64,000 bases of DNA from Candidatus Babeliales bacterium. Lineage in GTDB: Bacteria; Babelota; Babeliae; Babelales; RVW-14. The translations under genes were made by a program, and so were the position numbers. The notes under the pieces are model-generated. The model had not been told where the DNA came from. It worked only from the letters and a program-made list of their open reading frames with translations, and searched no databases. Each line of letters begins with the position of its first letter. The first letter of the stretch is position 1. The DNA is taken from contig JAIEPG010000005.1 of NCBI GenBank assembly GCA_019749895.1, positions 73,371 through 137,370 on the forward strand. Direction: 5' to 3'. Positions 9,808 through 19,280 of this stretch are shown in pieces.

Positions 9808-10986
9808 CTAAAGCGTTGCAAGCTGCTGGACCAACGTTACCAACTTTGCTTTCAGTACTTGCAGCGCAGCAGACAAATCATTTAACGATGCAGCAGAAGA
9901 TACTGGTAGAGTTGGTGCCGTTTGAACGCTTGGTCGTATTCTTTTTTTTACTTTTTCAAGCGCTTTTTTAAGCATATCTTTATCTTTATCATCTGCCTTC
10001 TCTAACGGCGTATTGCCCGCACTGTCCTTCACACCAGGATCAGCCCCTGCCGCAAGTAATAATTCAACTATCTCTTGATGCGAATTCAGCCATTCCTTAT
10101 GTCCTGCTCGATTCCTTGGAAACATTGAATGCGTCGCCCACAGATGCAATGGCGTTGATCCAGCATCTTCACTCTTAATATTCACATTGGCACCAGCCTG
10201 AATAAGCTCTTTTGCGCGATTTTGATCCTTGGCTTTCAGCGCAATCAGCAACTCTTTGCCCAGTAATTCCTTAATAAATGTGTATCTGATAGGTGCCTTG
10301 GATAGCGTCAACTTCCCATCGTTCACTGCAGGACTATATTCTTTGTGTAAAAGATCGGGAATCACACCTCCTCCAGCATCAACTAACTGCTTGGCTATAT
10401 CTTCTTCCAAGGCTAATTCCAAGGCAAAGGCGAGCGGCGTACAGTCTTTATACGTAGTAAATGCATAGGAAAACGTATATTTTTTAAACAAACTTTCTTT
10501 TGGTACTGTTTTAAGAAAATCTTGAAACGCCTGCAAATCACTCTCCACTTTTCTATCTAGATCATCCCTGAGCTTAACAAGTTTTTCGCACAATTCTCTA
10601 CCCTTTAACCAGACATCATTATTTGCATCTTGCAATGCATGCAAAACATCTCCACTTCCATCAGAAATGGCAAGTCGAGGATCTGCCCCTGCGGCCAACA
10701 ACAACCTTACAATATCAAGTCTATTCTTCTTCACTGCCACACCAAGAGGCGTATCTTTTTTGAGAAAAAAAGCTTTGGTCCACGAGTGCCATGAATATTC
10801 ATTATTCAAATCGGCAACTTGCTCAATAAGCGTTTTAACAACCTCCATGTCCGGAGAAAGAACACTATCGATCTCAGAACACAACGCACTCCCCAATTGA
10901 TCTTGATTTGACGCTGCACCAAAAACAATGCCCTGCGCGCCCAGCACCAGCAGCCCCACCACCAACCATAATTTTGCAATCTTCAT
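9808..10986 (-). CDS. Ankyrin-repeat protein with signal peptide
   Basis: MKIAKLWLVVGLLVLGAQGIVFGAAS resembles a signal peptide. Ankyrin motifs: TPLGVAVKKNRLDIVRLLLAAGADP, STPLHLWA, NTPLEKA... Confidence 0.85.
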   Translation of the reverse strand: MKIAKLWLVVGLLVLGAQGIVFGAASNQDQLGSALCSEIDSVLSPDMEVVKTLIEQVADLNNEYSWHSWTKAFFLKKDTPLGVAVKKNRLDIVRLLLAAGADPRLAISDGSGDVLHALQDANNDVWLKGRELCEKLVKLRDDLDRKVESDLQAFQDFLKTVPKESLFKKYTFSYAFTTYKDCTPLAFALELALEEDIAKQLVDAGGGVIPDLLHKEYSPAVNDGKLTLSKAPIRYTFIKELLGKELLIALKAKDQNRAKELIQAGANVNIKSEDAGSTPLHLWATHSMFPRNRAGHKEWLNSHQEIVELLLAAGADPGVKDSAGNTPLEKADDKDKDMLKKALEKVKKRIRPSVQTAPTLPVSSAASLNDLSAALQVLKAKLVTLVQQLATL

Positions 10987-11061
10987 AACACACTCCCTCG
11001 TTCTATTTTTTGACCAAAGCTACTTTTGCCAACAAGAGTAGCAAACTGAAAATAAAAAAGA

Positions 11062-11080
11062 GAAGAAGAAGAAGAAGAAG
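11062..11080. repeat. (GAA/AAG)6 trinucleotide microsatellite in a divergent intergenic region
   Basis: Six perfect AAG units were read at 11063-11080, about 76 nt upstream of the minus-strand start at 10986. Confidence 0.9.
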
Positions 11081-11149
11081 TGTTTCCCAAGCGTTTTTAC
11101 AGCACAAGCAACCACGCTTTTAGCCTCCCTGGCTACTTTTTTAAATTAT

Positions 11150-11178
11150 TTACAAGCTGAACAGGCACTGGCTATACT
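11150..11178 (+). promoter_or_regulatory. Candidate sigma70-type promoter TTACAA-N17-TATACT for the ankyrin-RING gene
   Basis: The hexamers and spacer were read directly. It lies 44 nt upstream of the ATG at 11222. Confidence 0.4.
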
Positions 11179-11221
11179 CATAATAAGATAAGATAATTAT
11201 TAAATCGCGAAAGGTTTCTTA

Positions 11222-12760
11222 ATGAAAAAAAGCGCTTTTTTTGCAATTTTATTCACTTTTTTGCTAACCCATAACCTGCATGGCGCCCCAGCAGACCAGC
11301 CAACGCTGACCGTTCCTGCAAGCATGTGGTACGCCGCCATGGGCTCAACCAACTCATTGGCTCAGCTGCCACCAGCAGCATTGGTAGAACCGGACGAAAA
11401 CGGCCAAACACCCCTGCACATTGCAGCTCAGAACGGGCACCCAAATACTATTTTGTTTTTGCTGCAACAAGGCGCACCGGTTAACGTAGCAGACAAACAA
11501 GGTCTAACCGCCTTGCACCTGGCTGCTCAATTTGGCCAAAAGCCATGCGTACAAACGCTGCTCAACCAAAAGGCTGCTATCAACAGTGCTGGTACCACGG
11601 GCATAACACCGCTGCATTTGGCCGCCTTTTACGGCCAACTTGATGTAGTAAAACAGCTTCTTGAATACAAAGAATGTAACATTGAAGCGGTTACCAAAGG
11701 CAAATCTACCCCACTCCATTTTGCGGCTCAAAGCGGACAGACCGTCTGCGTAGAAGCATTGTTGGCAAAAAATGCCAAAGTTGACGTACGAAATACGCTG
11801 GACGAAACACCACTTTTACAAGCAATAAAAAATAATCAGCTAGCTAGCGCACAGCTCTTGCTTAACAAAAATGCTACTGTCAGTATTAGAAACAAACTTG
11901 GCTCAACGCCCCTGCATTATGCCGCTTTAAATAACTTTAACGAAGGAATCACCGCGCTCTTAAAAAAAGGCGCAACGGTAAACGTTAAAGACAAAAACGG
12001 CATGAGCCCACTGCACTACACTGCCGGCAACAATAATCTGGATGGCACCAAACAACTTTTGGAAAAAGGGGCCAGCATTAACACGGCAAACAACAATAAA
12101 AGCACGCCGCTGCACATTGCTGCCACTAACAATGCACTCGACTGCATCCCGCTCTTGCTGGCAAAAGGCGCCGACGTTAACGCGACAGACGCCAACAAAT
12201 CAACACCACTGCACTTGGCAGCCACCAACGGCCACGAGCTGGGCGTACGCTTGCTGCTGAGCAGCAAAGGAACCAAGGCTATTGGCATTGACGCTGTTGA
12301 TGCTGCTGGCGCAACACCGCTGCACCGCGCCGCCCAAAACGGCCACGTGACTGTTTGTTTTATGTTGATCATGAGCGGTGCAAACTTATTAACCCCAACC
12401 ACCAATGCGGCTACTGCAAATGCTAACAAAACAGCACAAACGCTGGCTGCGCAAAACGGGCACTATGCCCTGGCTAATGCCCTGCAGTACACACAAACCA
12501 ATGGCCAGCTGCCAAGCATTGCGGCTGCAGAAAGCGCGTGCACGCTCTGTGCGCAACAGTTCAACATTGCCGAAGTTGGCATGCAACTGCCGTGCGGGCA
12601 CATGATGCACCCAAACTGCCTGCAAACGTTTATTGCCCAACCTACTCAACTTGCCTACCAATGCCCAACCTGCCAAGCAGCTGCACAGGCGCAAGCGCAA
12701 GCAATTGCAGTTTTAATGGTTGCGGCAAGTCCAACCAATGAAGCGGTAGGTAAAAAGTAA
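11222..12760 (+). CDS. Secreted ankyrin-repeat protein with a C-terminal RING-H2 zinc finger (candidate E3 ubiquitin-ligase-like effector)
   Basis: Signal peptide MKKSAFFAILFTFLLTHNLHGAP, then about 10 ankyrin repeats (TPLH.AA..G....V..LL..GA.VN). At aa 440-484 the pattern is C-x2-C-x14-C-x-H-x2-H-x2-C-x14-C-x2-C (CTLC...CGHMMHPNC...CPTC). Confidence 0.85.
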   Translation: MKKSAFFAILFTFLLTHNLHGAPADQPTLTVPASMWYAAMGSTNSLAQLPPAALVEPDENGQTPLHIAAQNGHPNTILFLLQQGAPVNVADKQGLTALHLAAQFGQKPCVQTLLNQKAAINSAGTTGITPLHLAAFYGQLDVVKQLLEYKECNIEAVTKGKSTPLHFAAQSGQTVCVEALLAKNAKVDVRNTLDETPLLQAIKNNQLASAQLLLNKNATVSIRNKLGSTPLHYAALNNFNEGITALLKKGATVNVKDKNGMSPLHYTAGNNNLDGTKQLLEKGASINTANNNKSTPLHIAATNNALDCIPLLLAKGADVNATDANKSTPLHLAATNGHELGVRLLLSSKGTKAIGIDAVDAAGATPLHRAAQNGHVTVCFMLIMSGANLLTPTTNAATANANKTAQTLAAQNGHYALANALQYTQTNGQLPSIAAAESACTLCAQQFNIAEVGMQLPCGHMMHPNCLQTFIAQPTQLAYQCPTCQAAAQAQAQAIAVLMVAASPTNEAVGKK

Positions 12761-12772
12761 GGAACACAAAGC

Positions 12773-13963
12773 TCACTCGCCGTAAATCTCGTTCAACAAA
12801 GCTTCGACTGAGTTCCAACAGAACCCGCGCCCTTCTTTGCGTTGAAGGTTTTCGTTACCGCCATAAACAACGTAAAGCGGCAATGTTTCTTGCTCGGTAA
12901 TCTCTCGCCAGGCAAAAAGCTCTTTAAAAAAGTTATCTGAAAAAGTCATACCTGCTTTAATTTCAACCGGCACAACGTGGTTGTACGATTTTTCAATAAC
13001 CACATCAATTTCATGGCCCTGCACATCGCGCCAGAAATAGATCTGCGGCGTCTTGTTGTGATTGTAATTGTGTTTAAACATTTCACTAATCACAAACGAT
13101 TCAAACAACGCGCCCTTGAGCGGATGCGTATGCAGCTCTTCTGCTGTTCTGATCCCTAGCAACGAACAAACCAATGACGTATCGTTAAAGTAGATTTTGG
13201 GGCTTTTAATTACGCGCTTGTTAAAATTTTTGTAGTACGGTGGAAGCAACTTGATAATGTAACTTGCTTCTAAAATTGCAATCCACGACTTGGCAGTATT
13301 CAAACTGATGCCAGCATCGCGTGCAATGTCGGCATAGTTAAGCAAGTTGCCAACACGCGCAGCACACAACTTTAAAAAGCCTTGAAACGCAATAACATCA
13401 GAGATATTCAGCACTTGCCGCACATCTTTTTCAACGTACGTACTGATATAATTTGAGCACCATGTTTGCACCGGAATTGGCTGAGAATAAAGCCGCGGAT
13501 AACAACCTTTAATGAACAACGAAGCAAAATCTTCAGGCAGCATATTGGCATCATGCAATTCTTGGACCGACAATGGCAACAGCGTAAGCAGGGCTATCCG
13601 ACCTGCCAGCGTTTGAGTTATTTTTTCGTACATAAGAAAATGCTGTGAGCCGGTAATAATAAAATAACCCGGCCGATACGCTTGGTCCACAATCCCTTGC
13701 ATGTACGAAAGCAACTCTGGCACTTCTTGAATTTCATCAATAATTAAACCGATGTGCTGAGCATACGTAGCAAAAAAGCCCCGCGGGTCTTGCTGTGCTG
13801 CACTCCGCTTGTCTAAGTCTTCCAACGTAACATAGGCATAGCCAGCAAAAGTCTCTTTTACCAAGGTGGTCTTGCCAGACTGCCGAGGGCCCATAACTGC
13901 CACCACGGGAAACTGCGTAGCTAATTCTTGCAAATGAGCGGTAATAGTACGCTTAATAATCAT
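12773..13963 (-). CDS. AAA-type ATPase of the AAA_14/DUF4143 kind
   Basis: Walker A VMGPRQSGKTTLV and Walker B LIIDEIQ are present. The C-terminal region resembles the usual DUF4143 architecture. The start was chosen at MIIKRT (the ORF opens at 14005). Confidence 0.7.
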   Translation of the reverse strand: MIIKRTITAHLQELATQFPVVAVMGPRQSGKTTLVKETFAGYAYVTLEDLDKRSAAQQDPRGFFATYAQHIGLIIDEIQEVPELLSYMQGIVDQAYRPGYFIITGSQHFLMYEKITQTLAGRIALLTLLPLSVQELHDANMLPEDFASLFIKGCYPRLYSQPIPVQTWCSNYISTYVEKDVRQVLNISDVIAFQGFLKLCAARVGNLLNYADIARDAGISLNTAKSWIAILEASYIIKLLPPYYKNFNKRVIKSPKIYFNDTSLVCSLLGIRTAEELHTHPLKGALFESFVISEMFKHNYNHNKTPQIYFWRDVQGHEIDVVIEKSYNHVVPVEIKAGMTFSDNFFKELFAWREITEQETLPLYVVYGGNENLQRKEGRGFCWNSVEALLNEIYGE

Positions 13964-14121
13964 CTTTTTTGCCCCTTTTTTAGACTTTTTACAAAACTCG
14001 TACAATCTGCAATCCTATTGCATATTTTACACGATTTGCCAAAAACATCAAACAGATCGTTATTTTCGAGCAGGACAAGTTTTTAAAACCAGGCCTTTCG
14101 AGCCCTCAACCACGCCCCTTT

Positions 14122-14150
14122 TTGACAAAAAAGTGCCCCTTCGGTATGCT
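14122..14150 (+). promoter_or_regulatory. Candidate promoter TTGACA-N17-TATGCT
   Basis: A consensus -35 and 17-nt spacer, with the same TATGCT -10 seen in the ankyrin cassette promoters at 56118-58510. Confidence 0.5.
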
Positions 14151-14209
14151 GGTTGCACGGAAAAACATGATAGATTAAGCAAAATTCTTACCGCTGGGTT
14201 GTGGGCACT

Positions 14210-15259
14210 ATGAAATTTAACACCGCGTTTCGTTCTCTTTCTCTGACACTTGTGTGCGCACTGAGCACCTCTTTTTATGCACACGCTGCCACTCCAGCAA
14301 CTGATTCGGCCCCAGTGGTTTCTGATGACGAAAAAATGGTCCCGGTTGGACCAGTACTCAAAGGCCTTGTTGCCCTTGCCTTCTTGCAACTGTACTATTT
14401 TACCGCCCCAAAGCACACGCAAGAGCGGCTCAAAGAACAGTTCTCGCCAAAAAACCTCGCATTCAACTTTGCCGGAGAATATTCTTCGTATTTCTTAATG
14501 ACGCTCATTCATGAGCTTGGTCACGCGGCCGTTGCCAACTATATCAACAACGACCCAATCAATATTCACATGGGCGGTAATGATAACAGCAAGTTGGACG
14601 ATCCTCTTTTTGCAACCGATCATTTCACGCTCGATGGCTTAAGCCCGCTTGAAGGACTCACTATCTATCGCCTTTCAACTCAAATGACCGATAAACTTTT
14701 GTTTGTTGAATATTTACAAGATTGCTTAAAAAACAACGAGACGCTTGAAACTATTTCTGCTGAAAAATTTGGCACCTTCAAAGAGGCTTTTGTTAACTCG
14801 CCAGCATACCAAGAGCTCTTACAAAAACTTGAAAATAACAAATCAAAAGAAAATCTTATTTTGGCAGCTGGTGGCATTGCTGCCCTTTCAGTCAACACAC
14901 TCTTTAAATTTATGCGCTCAATGGCAAAAAGTTATCAGGAAAATGCTGAAGCTCTTGATGCTCTTAAGGCATCGTTTGGCGCAGCTTTTTCTATCGACAA
15001 AATAGTACTCAATCAAGTGTTGAGTGCCTTCTTGCCATGCAGCAAAAACAGCGATGGCGCCAAATTGTGGCGCAACATTGCAGGCGTGCCCGAAGGCGTG
15101 CTTGAATTTTGCTACACGGCAGCACCATACGTAGACATGCTTGGCGAGTGCTACCTTGCCTACAAAGACCCACGAGCTGAATCAGCCAAACTCCCCGATA
15201 AACTTATGATTGGTTTGATTAACTATTTATTGCGCGGTTATTTGCGTTTTCACGCTTAA
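14210..15259 (+). CDS. Hypothetical secreted protein with an HExxH metalloprotease-like motif
   Basis: Signal-like N-terminus MKFNTAFRSLSLTLVCALSTSFYAHA and the motif LIHELGHAAV. I recognise no other family signature. Confidence 0.5.
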   Translation: MKFNTAFRSLSLTLVCALSTSFYAHAATPATDSAPVVSDDEKMVPVGPVLKGLVALAFLQLYYFTAPKHTQERLKEQFSPKNLAFNFAGEYSSYFLMTLIHELGHAAVANYINNDPINIHMGGNDNSKLDDPLFATDHFTLDGLSPLEGLTIYRLSTQMTDKLLFVEYLQDCLKNNETLETISAEKFGTFKEAFVNSPAYQELLQKLENNKSKENLILAAGGIAALSVNTLFKFMRSMAKSYQENAEALDALKASFGAAFSIDKIVLNQVLSAFLPCSKNSDGAKLWRNIAGVPEGVLEFCYTAAPYVDMLGECYLAYKDPRAESAKLPDKLMIGLINYLLRGYLRFHA

Positions 15260-16488
15260 CGACGCTTTTTCTTAGCTGCACTCAAATACAGCAACCAGCT
15301 GGAAAAGATCATAAACCCAGCAACGCCCACCGGCAATGCGGGGTTAAACATTGCCAAAAAACCACCAAAAAAAGTTCCCAAAACAGTAACCAGCGCCTGC
15401 ATTGCCCAGATCATAGCAATACCTTTTCCTTGCTTGTCATCATCAACTGAGTTGGAAATAATGGCCATCATGTTGGGCAAAATTGAGGCGATACAGCCAA
15501 TGTACAAAACAATAAAAATATAAAGCCCGATGGTTGTTGGCGGCATAAAAACTGCCAAGCTTAAAAAAGCAAGCAGCGGCAATGCCGACAGAACAATAGT
15601 GCGCGGTGCTGCAATGCGCGAAAGTGGACGCACCAGCAGGAGCTGAAGCAATAAATACATCACACCAGCATACACAAACATAGTACCAATTTGTGAAGCG
15701 CCGTAATTAAAAACTTTGAGCAAATAGGTTGAAAAAAATTGCGTACTAAACGTCCAACCAAAAATAAACAAGCTCGCTGCTGCAAAAATACTGCGCAATT
15801 GTGGATAATGAAACATTTGGCCAAGATGGCCAAACGTTATAAAAAATTTCTTTCTTTTAACCGTTTTTTTTGAACGATCACGAAATAGCTGGTAAGCAAC
15901 AAAAAGCAAGTTAAGTACTGTCAGGCCGCCCAAAATTAAGAATGGTATTGCCAAATCATGAGCAACACCCAGCAAGGCATTGGTATATTGACCACCTAAC
16001 AAGCCGCCACCAATAAAACCGCAGGCAACGGCAATTTCCACCATGCTCATGTTGCTCACTTTGTCAGCATTAGTATCATCACTCACATCAGCCATAAACG
16101 ACTGCGCAATAGCAACGTTTGCAGCAAAAAGACCGGCACAAAAACGGCTGGCAAAGAGCAACCAAACACTAGCATAATGTATTGCCAGTGCGGTTAGAAA
16201 CAAACTTACCGTAGCACCAGTAAGCGTTATTATCATCGTAAAACGCCGACCGTACGAATCTGAAATTTGCCCCCAAAGCGGTGACATAAAAAATTGGCCG
16301 GCATAATAAGCTGTCAGTACAAAACCAACAAAGAGCGTACCATAAGCCTGCGTTGTTTGTTCTGACAAAAGCTTATAGTGAGAGTCTGCTAACAAAACAG
16401 GAAACACCACCAGTGATACCACAATGTTAAGATAGTCGAGAAACGCGGCGGACAAAAATGGCGCATACTGCATTATTTTACGGTTCAT
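15256..16488 (-). CDS. MFS transporter
   Basis: About 12 predicted hydrophobic segments and the MFS loop motif GQISDSYGRRF. The start at 16488 (MNRKIMQ) is preceded by AAAGGGGA; the ORF opens at 16569. Confidence 0.8.
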   Translation of the reverse strand: MNRKIMQYAPFLSAAFLDYLNIVVSLVVFPVLLADSHYKLLSEQTTQAYGTLFVGFVLTAYYAGQFFMSPLWGQISDSYGRRFTMIITLTGATVSLFLTALAIHYASVWLLFASRFCAGLFAANVAIAQSFMADVSDDTNADKVSNMSMVEIAVACGFIGGGLLGGQYTNALLGVAHDLAIPFLILGGLTVLNLLFVAYQLFRDRSKKTVKRKKFFITFGHLGQMFHYPQLRSIFAAASLFIFGWTFSTQFFSTYLLKVFNYGASQIGTMFVYAGVMYLLLQLLLVRPLSRIAAPRTIVLSALPLLAFLSLAVFMPPTTIGLYIFIVLYIGCIASILPNMMAIISNSVDDDKQGKGIAMIWAMQALVTVLGTFFGGFLAMFNPALPVGVAGFMIFSSWLLYLSAAKKKRR

Positions 16489-16583
16489 GAAATCCCCTTT
16501 GAAAACCCCTAAAAATATTCCCTTCCTTTCACGCCAGAACGGTACAAAAGGAAGGGCCTGTTCGAACAAATTGTAAGCGTTTG

Positions 16584-17303
16584 TTATAAGCGCTCAATAT
16601 TATTTTTGGTGAAATATTTTGTTTCGTTTTTGGCAAACGGCATTGCATCGTTAAATTCTTTAAGATATTTGTTGGTGCGCTTGAGCGTTTGCTCATCAAT
16701 TTTAACCGGAGAATCCCAATCTCCAACTTTAAAGGTCAATGGGATAGCAAGCTTAATGCCTCGATAATTTAAATGACCATTAACCGCAAGCATTTTTTTC
16801 ATTGATGTTTTTGGCGTAATAGTAAAATCTTTACCAACCACCAAGCCATTAGGCAACTTAACACCATGACCAGGAACAACAAAGTAACCTTCCTGGGTTT
16901 TAATTACCTCAAAGAAACGACCGCTAATACTTGGATTGCGGCTTGCATAAGGCCCGCGCCATTTTTTTGGATACGCCAGATTAAGTCCACCAATAATTGA
17001 ACCTTCAAAACTTTTGGTCGTCAAAAAGTCAACAATCGCATGATCACCGTGAATACTCACAATATTGCAACGTTGGTCGATATCGTGCAATATCGATTCA
17101 ATGTTTTTAAGATTGCCGGTAATCACTGAAGAAACGAAATACGGCTGGTTATAGTACAATTTGCCTAAAAAAGTAAGTAACAAAATTGCCAAAATTGCCG
17201 TACTAAAATAAATGAAATAAGACCTAAAGAATCTAAAAAATGGTCCCATTTTTCGATCAACTCGACGATCGATTGTATCCATAAAATCATCAAGCTTTTT
17301 CAT
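16584..17303 (-). CDS. Hypothetical membrane-anchored protein
   Basis: The ATG at 17303 is preceded by AAAGGAG. There is one N-terminal TM segment (YFIYFSTAILAILLLTFLG). No family was recognised. Confidence 0.6.
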   Translation of the reverse strand: MKKLDDFMDTIDRRVDRKMGPFFRFFRSYFIYFSTAILAILLLTFLGKLYYNQPYFVSSVITGNLKNIESILHDIDQRCNIVSIHGDHAIVDFLTTKSFEGSIIGGLNLAYPKKWRGPYASRNPSISGRFFEVIKTQEGYFVVPGHGVKLPNGLVVGKDFTITPKTSMKKMLAVNGHLNYRGIKLAIPLTFKVGDWDSPVKIDEQTLKRTNKYLKEFNDAMPFAKNETKYFTKNNIERL

Positions 17304-17396
17304 AACACACTCCTTTTTGAGCATTTTTTTGCACTCCCTTAACCTTCCCCAGTGGTTTATTGTATAAAAAAATGCTGGCAAAAATAAATATATTGC

Positions 17397-19280
17397 TTAA
17401 ATGACCTGTGTTGTTTCGGGTTGCAGATGATCGGCCTTAAGAATTGTATATCCTCCTTTTTGGGTATCCCACACCACAAAAACTGTATTTTTTGTTAGCC
17501 ACTTTTTGTCAAAGACAAAGGAAATATCAGTAATAAAACGACCGTCAATGCGCTGATTAATCATAAAAGAGCCCATTGAACATTGGTACCACTCACCCTC
17601 CAGATATGGCTCACTCCGCCACTCATAACCAAAATCACGCGCATTCCACTGCAACGGATGGTTAGAAAACTGCATCCACCAGGCACAATGTTGCGGATCA
17701 TCAGAAATTAAACGAAAGCCACCAGGTATTGGCAACACGCGATATGAAACACCAACAATCTTATAATCACGATCGCAGCCAAAAACACCCTTTTCAGCCA
17801 AACTAGAAAAAAGCTCAAAGGCAACGTTAACAGTCAGATCATTTAAAAAATAATGTACAATGCTTTGAATGTCTGAGACAAACGGCGAACTAAAAAAAAT
17901 ATACTGAGCCTTGGGATCGAGCTTGTTGTTTAAAAAAAATGGTTCGTAGCGCTTTTTGAGTTGATAGGTCTGCTGCCCGGCAATGCGCAAATCGTGCATA
18001 TTTAATAACGCACCCCTACCAATTGAAACCAAGATAAAAAAACTTACCAACAATACGCCGTACTGCCCATACATAAACTTGCGAGCATTAAGCAGCGGAA
18101 TTCCCACCACCACCAATGTTACTACTAACGGGTAGGCCGTTTCTAAATAGCGGGCACAGGGGTAGGCCATAACACCCTGCCAGGCAAAACACCAAAAACC
18201 AACGATAAAAAATAACAAGAGCTTTTTATGATTTTTATAAGCAAGCGAACAAAACAGTATAAGCAAGAACCACAGCGAAATAAGCAAGAAGTGCTTGGTA
18301 TAATCAAACATAAAAATGCAGCTACTCCAGGCGAAAAATTTGGTAAAAAAATAATCAAGCTTTACCAAAAATGGTTCGTACCATGACGCTGCTAAAAAAA
18401 CTGGCTGCGTTGGTACTACTCCAACAGTTGCTGCTGCTGAGTTTGGCAAAATAGGTGCTACGGCAACAATTTTTTTTTGCACCAACGCGGCCAGAAAAGG
18501 GAGCCTGATTAAAAAATTATTCAACGTTCGCTCAAGGGTTGTAATGCCAAAAGCCCACAACCGCCAGACAACGTAAATCATGTGTACAACAAAAAAAATC
18601 CAGGTCATACGGACTGCATAAAGGACCGACTGCCAGCACGTTCGCTGCTCAAGAGCATACAAAAACATGCCAAAAAACAACCACAATGGAAAAAAGATCC
18701 CATTTTCGCGCGCCAGTAGCGAAAGCAAAAAACTAAAGCCTGAAAAAAAATAGTACCACCAACTGCCATGCCGTTGCCAAAAAAAACAAAATAAGAGTCC
18801 TGAAAGCAAAAGAAAAAAGGTTGCAAGCGAGTTATGAAATGTTGCAAGCCAAACAAGCCACGAAATGTCGGGATACAGCCCAAACATAAGCCCGCCCAAT
18901 AGCGAAAGCCACACCGAAAGCCATTGCGAAAAAAGATAAAATAACAAGACAGCATTCAGCGCATGAAAGATAACATGTAAAAGATAATACGCTTTTGCTT
19001 CAAGCCCACAGAGCGCATAGACCACGGTAAAAAAAAAATGCTTTAACGGACGCAAAAAACCTGAAATAAAGTTTGGCTTAGAGCGACGATAGTTCATGGG
19101 CACAATAAACTCACGCTCATCTGCTTTTATAACGCGCAACGCATCTTCTTTGGAAAATATGAGCCCATTAATAATTTGGCCCAAATCATCTTCGCGATAC
19201 CAAATTTTATCAACCGGCAAAGCGCCAATAGAAAAAACGATAATAAAAATTGCCAACGCATACCAATGTTTTGTATTCAT
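17397..19280 (-). CDS. GT-C-fold-like polytopic membrane protein (TMTC/PMT-like), divergent member of a 4-paralog family
   Basis: 627 aa and many TM segments. An EDD motif follows TM1 (IWYREDDLGQIING), and ...HALNAVLLFYLF is shared with the proteins at 49564, 60517 and 62178. It has an ATGA overlap with manC. Confidence 0.6.
   Translation of the reverse strand: MNTKHWYALAIFIIVFSIGALPVDKIWYREDDLGQIINGLIFSKEDALRVIKADEREFIVPMNYRRSKPNFISGFLRPLKHFFFTVVYALCGLEAKAYYLLHVIFHALNAVLLFYLFSQWLSVWLSLLGGLMFGLYPDISWLVWLATFHNSLATFFLLLSGLLFCFFWQRHGSWWYYFFSGFSFLLSLLARENGIFFPLWLFFGMFLYALEQRTCWQSVLYAVRMTWIFFVVHMIYVVWRLWAFGITTLERTLNNFLIRLPFLAALVQKKIVAVAPILPNSAAATVGVVPTQPVFLAASWYEPFLVKLDYFFTKFFAWSSCIFMFDYTKHFLLISLWFLLILFCSLAYKNHKKLLLFFIVGFWCFAWQGVMAYPCARYLETAYPLVVTLVVVGIPLLNARKFMYGQYGVLLVSFFILVSIGRGALLNMHDLRIAGQQTYQLKKRYEPFFLNNKLDPKAQYIFFSSPFVSDIQSIVHYFLNDLTVNVAFELFSSLAEKGVFGCDRDYKIVGVSYRVLPIPGGFRLISDDPQHCAWWMQFSNHPLQWNARDFGYEWRSEPYLEGEWYQCSMGSFMINQRIDGRFITDISFVFDKKWLTKNTVFVVWDTQKGGYTILKADHLQPETTQVI

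Noticed and set aside
5855-14005. I considered whether the UvrD-like helicase and the DUF4143 AAA ATPase form a helicase/ATPase anti-phage defence module.
   Set aside because: The helicase has the full housekeeping UvrD/PcrA motif set and C-terminal Tudor-like domain. The two genes are 4 kb apart, on opposite strands, and separated by three ankyrin genes. No nuclease, methylase or other effector gene lies adjacent.
18471-19038. Homopolymer tracts (A/T runs of 9-10 nt at 18471-18479 and 19029-19038; also 24454-24462 and 30228-30244) were considered as slipped-strand phase-variation switches in glycosyltransferase genes.
   Set aside because: Similar runs occur in non-accessory genes, for example the FAD oxidoreductase. 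They mostly encode Lys/Phe runs expected in an AT-rich genome. Without read-level heterogeneity there is no support for phase variation.
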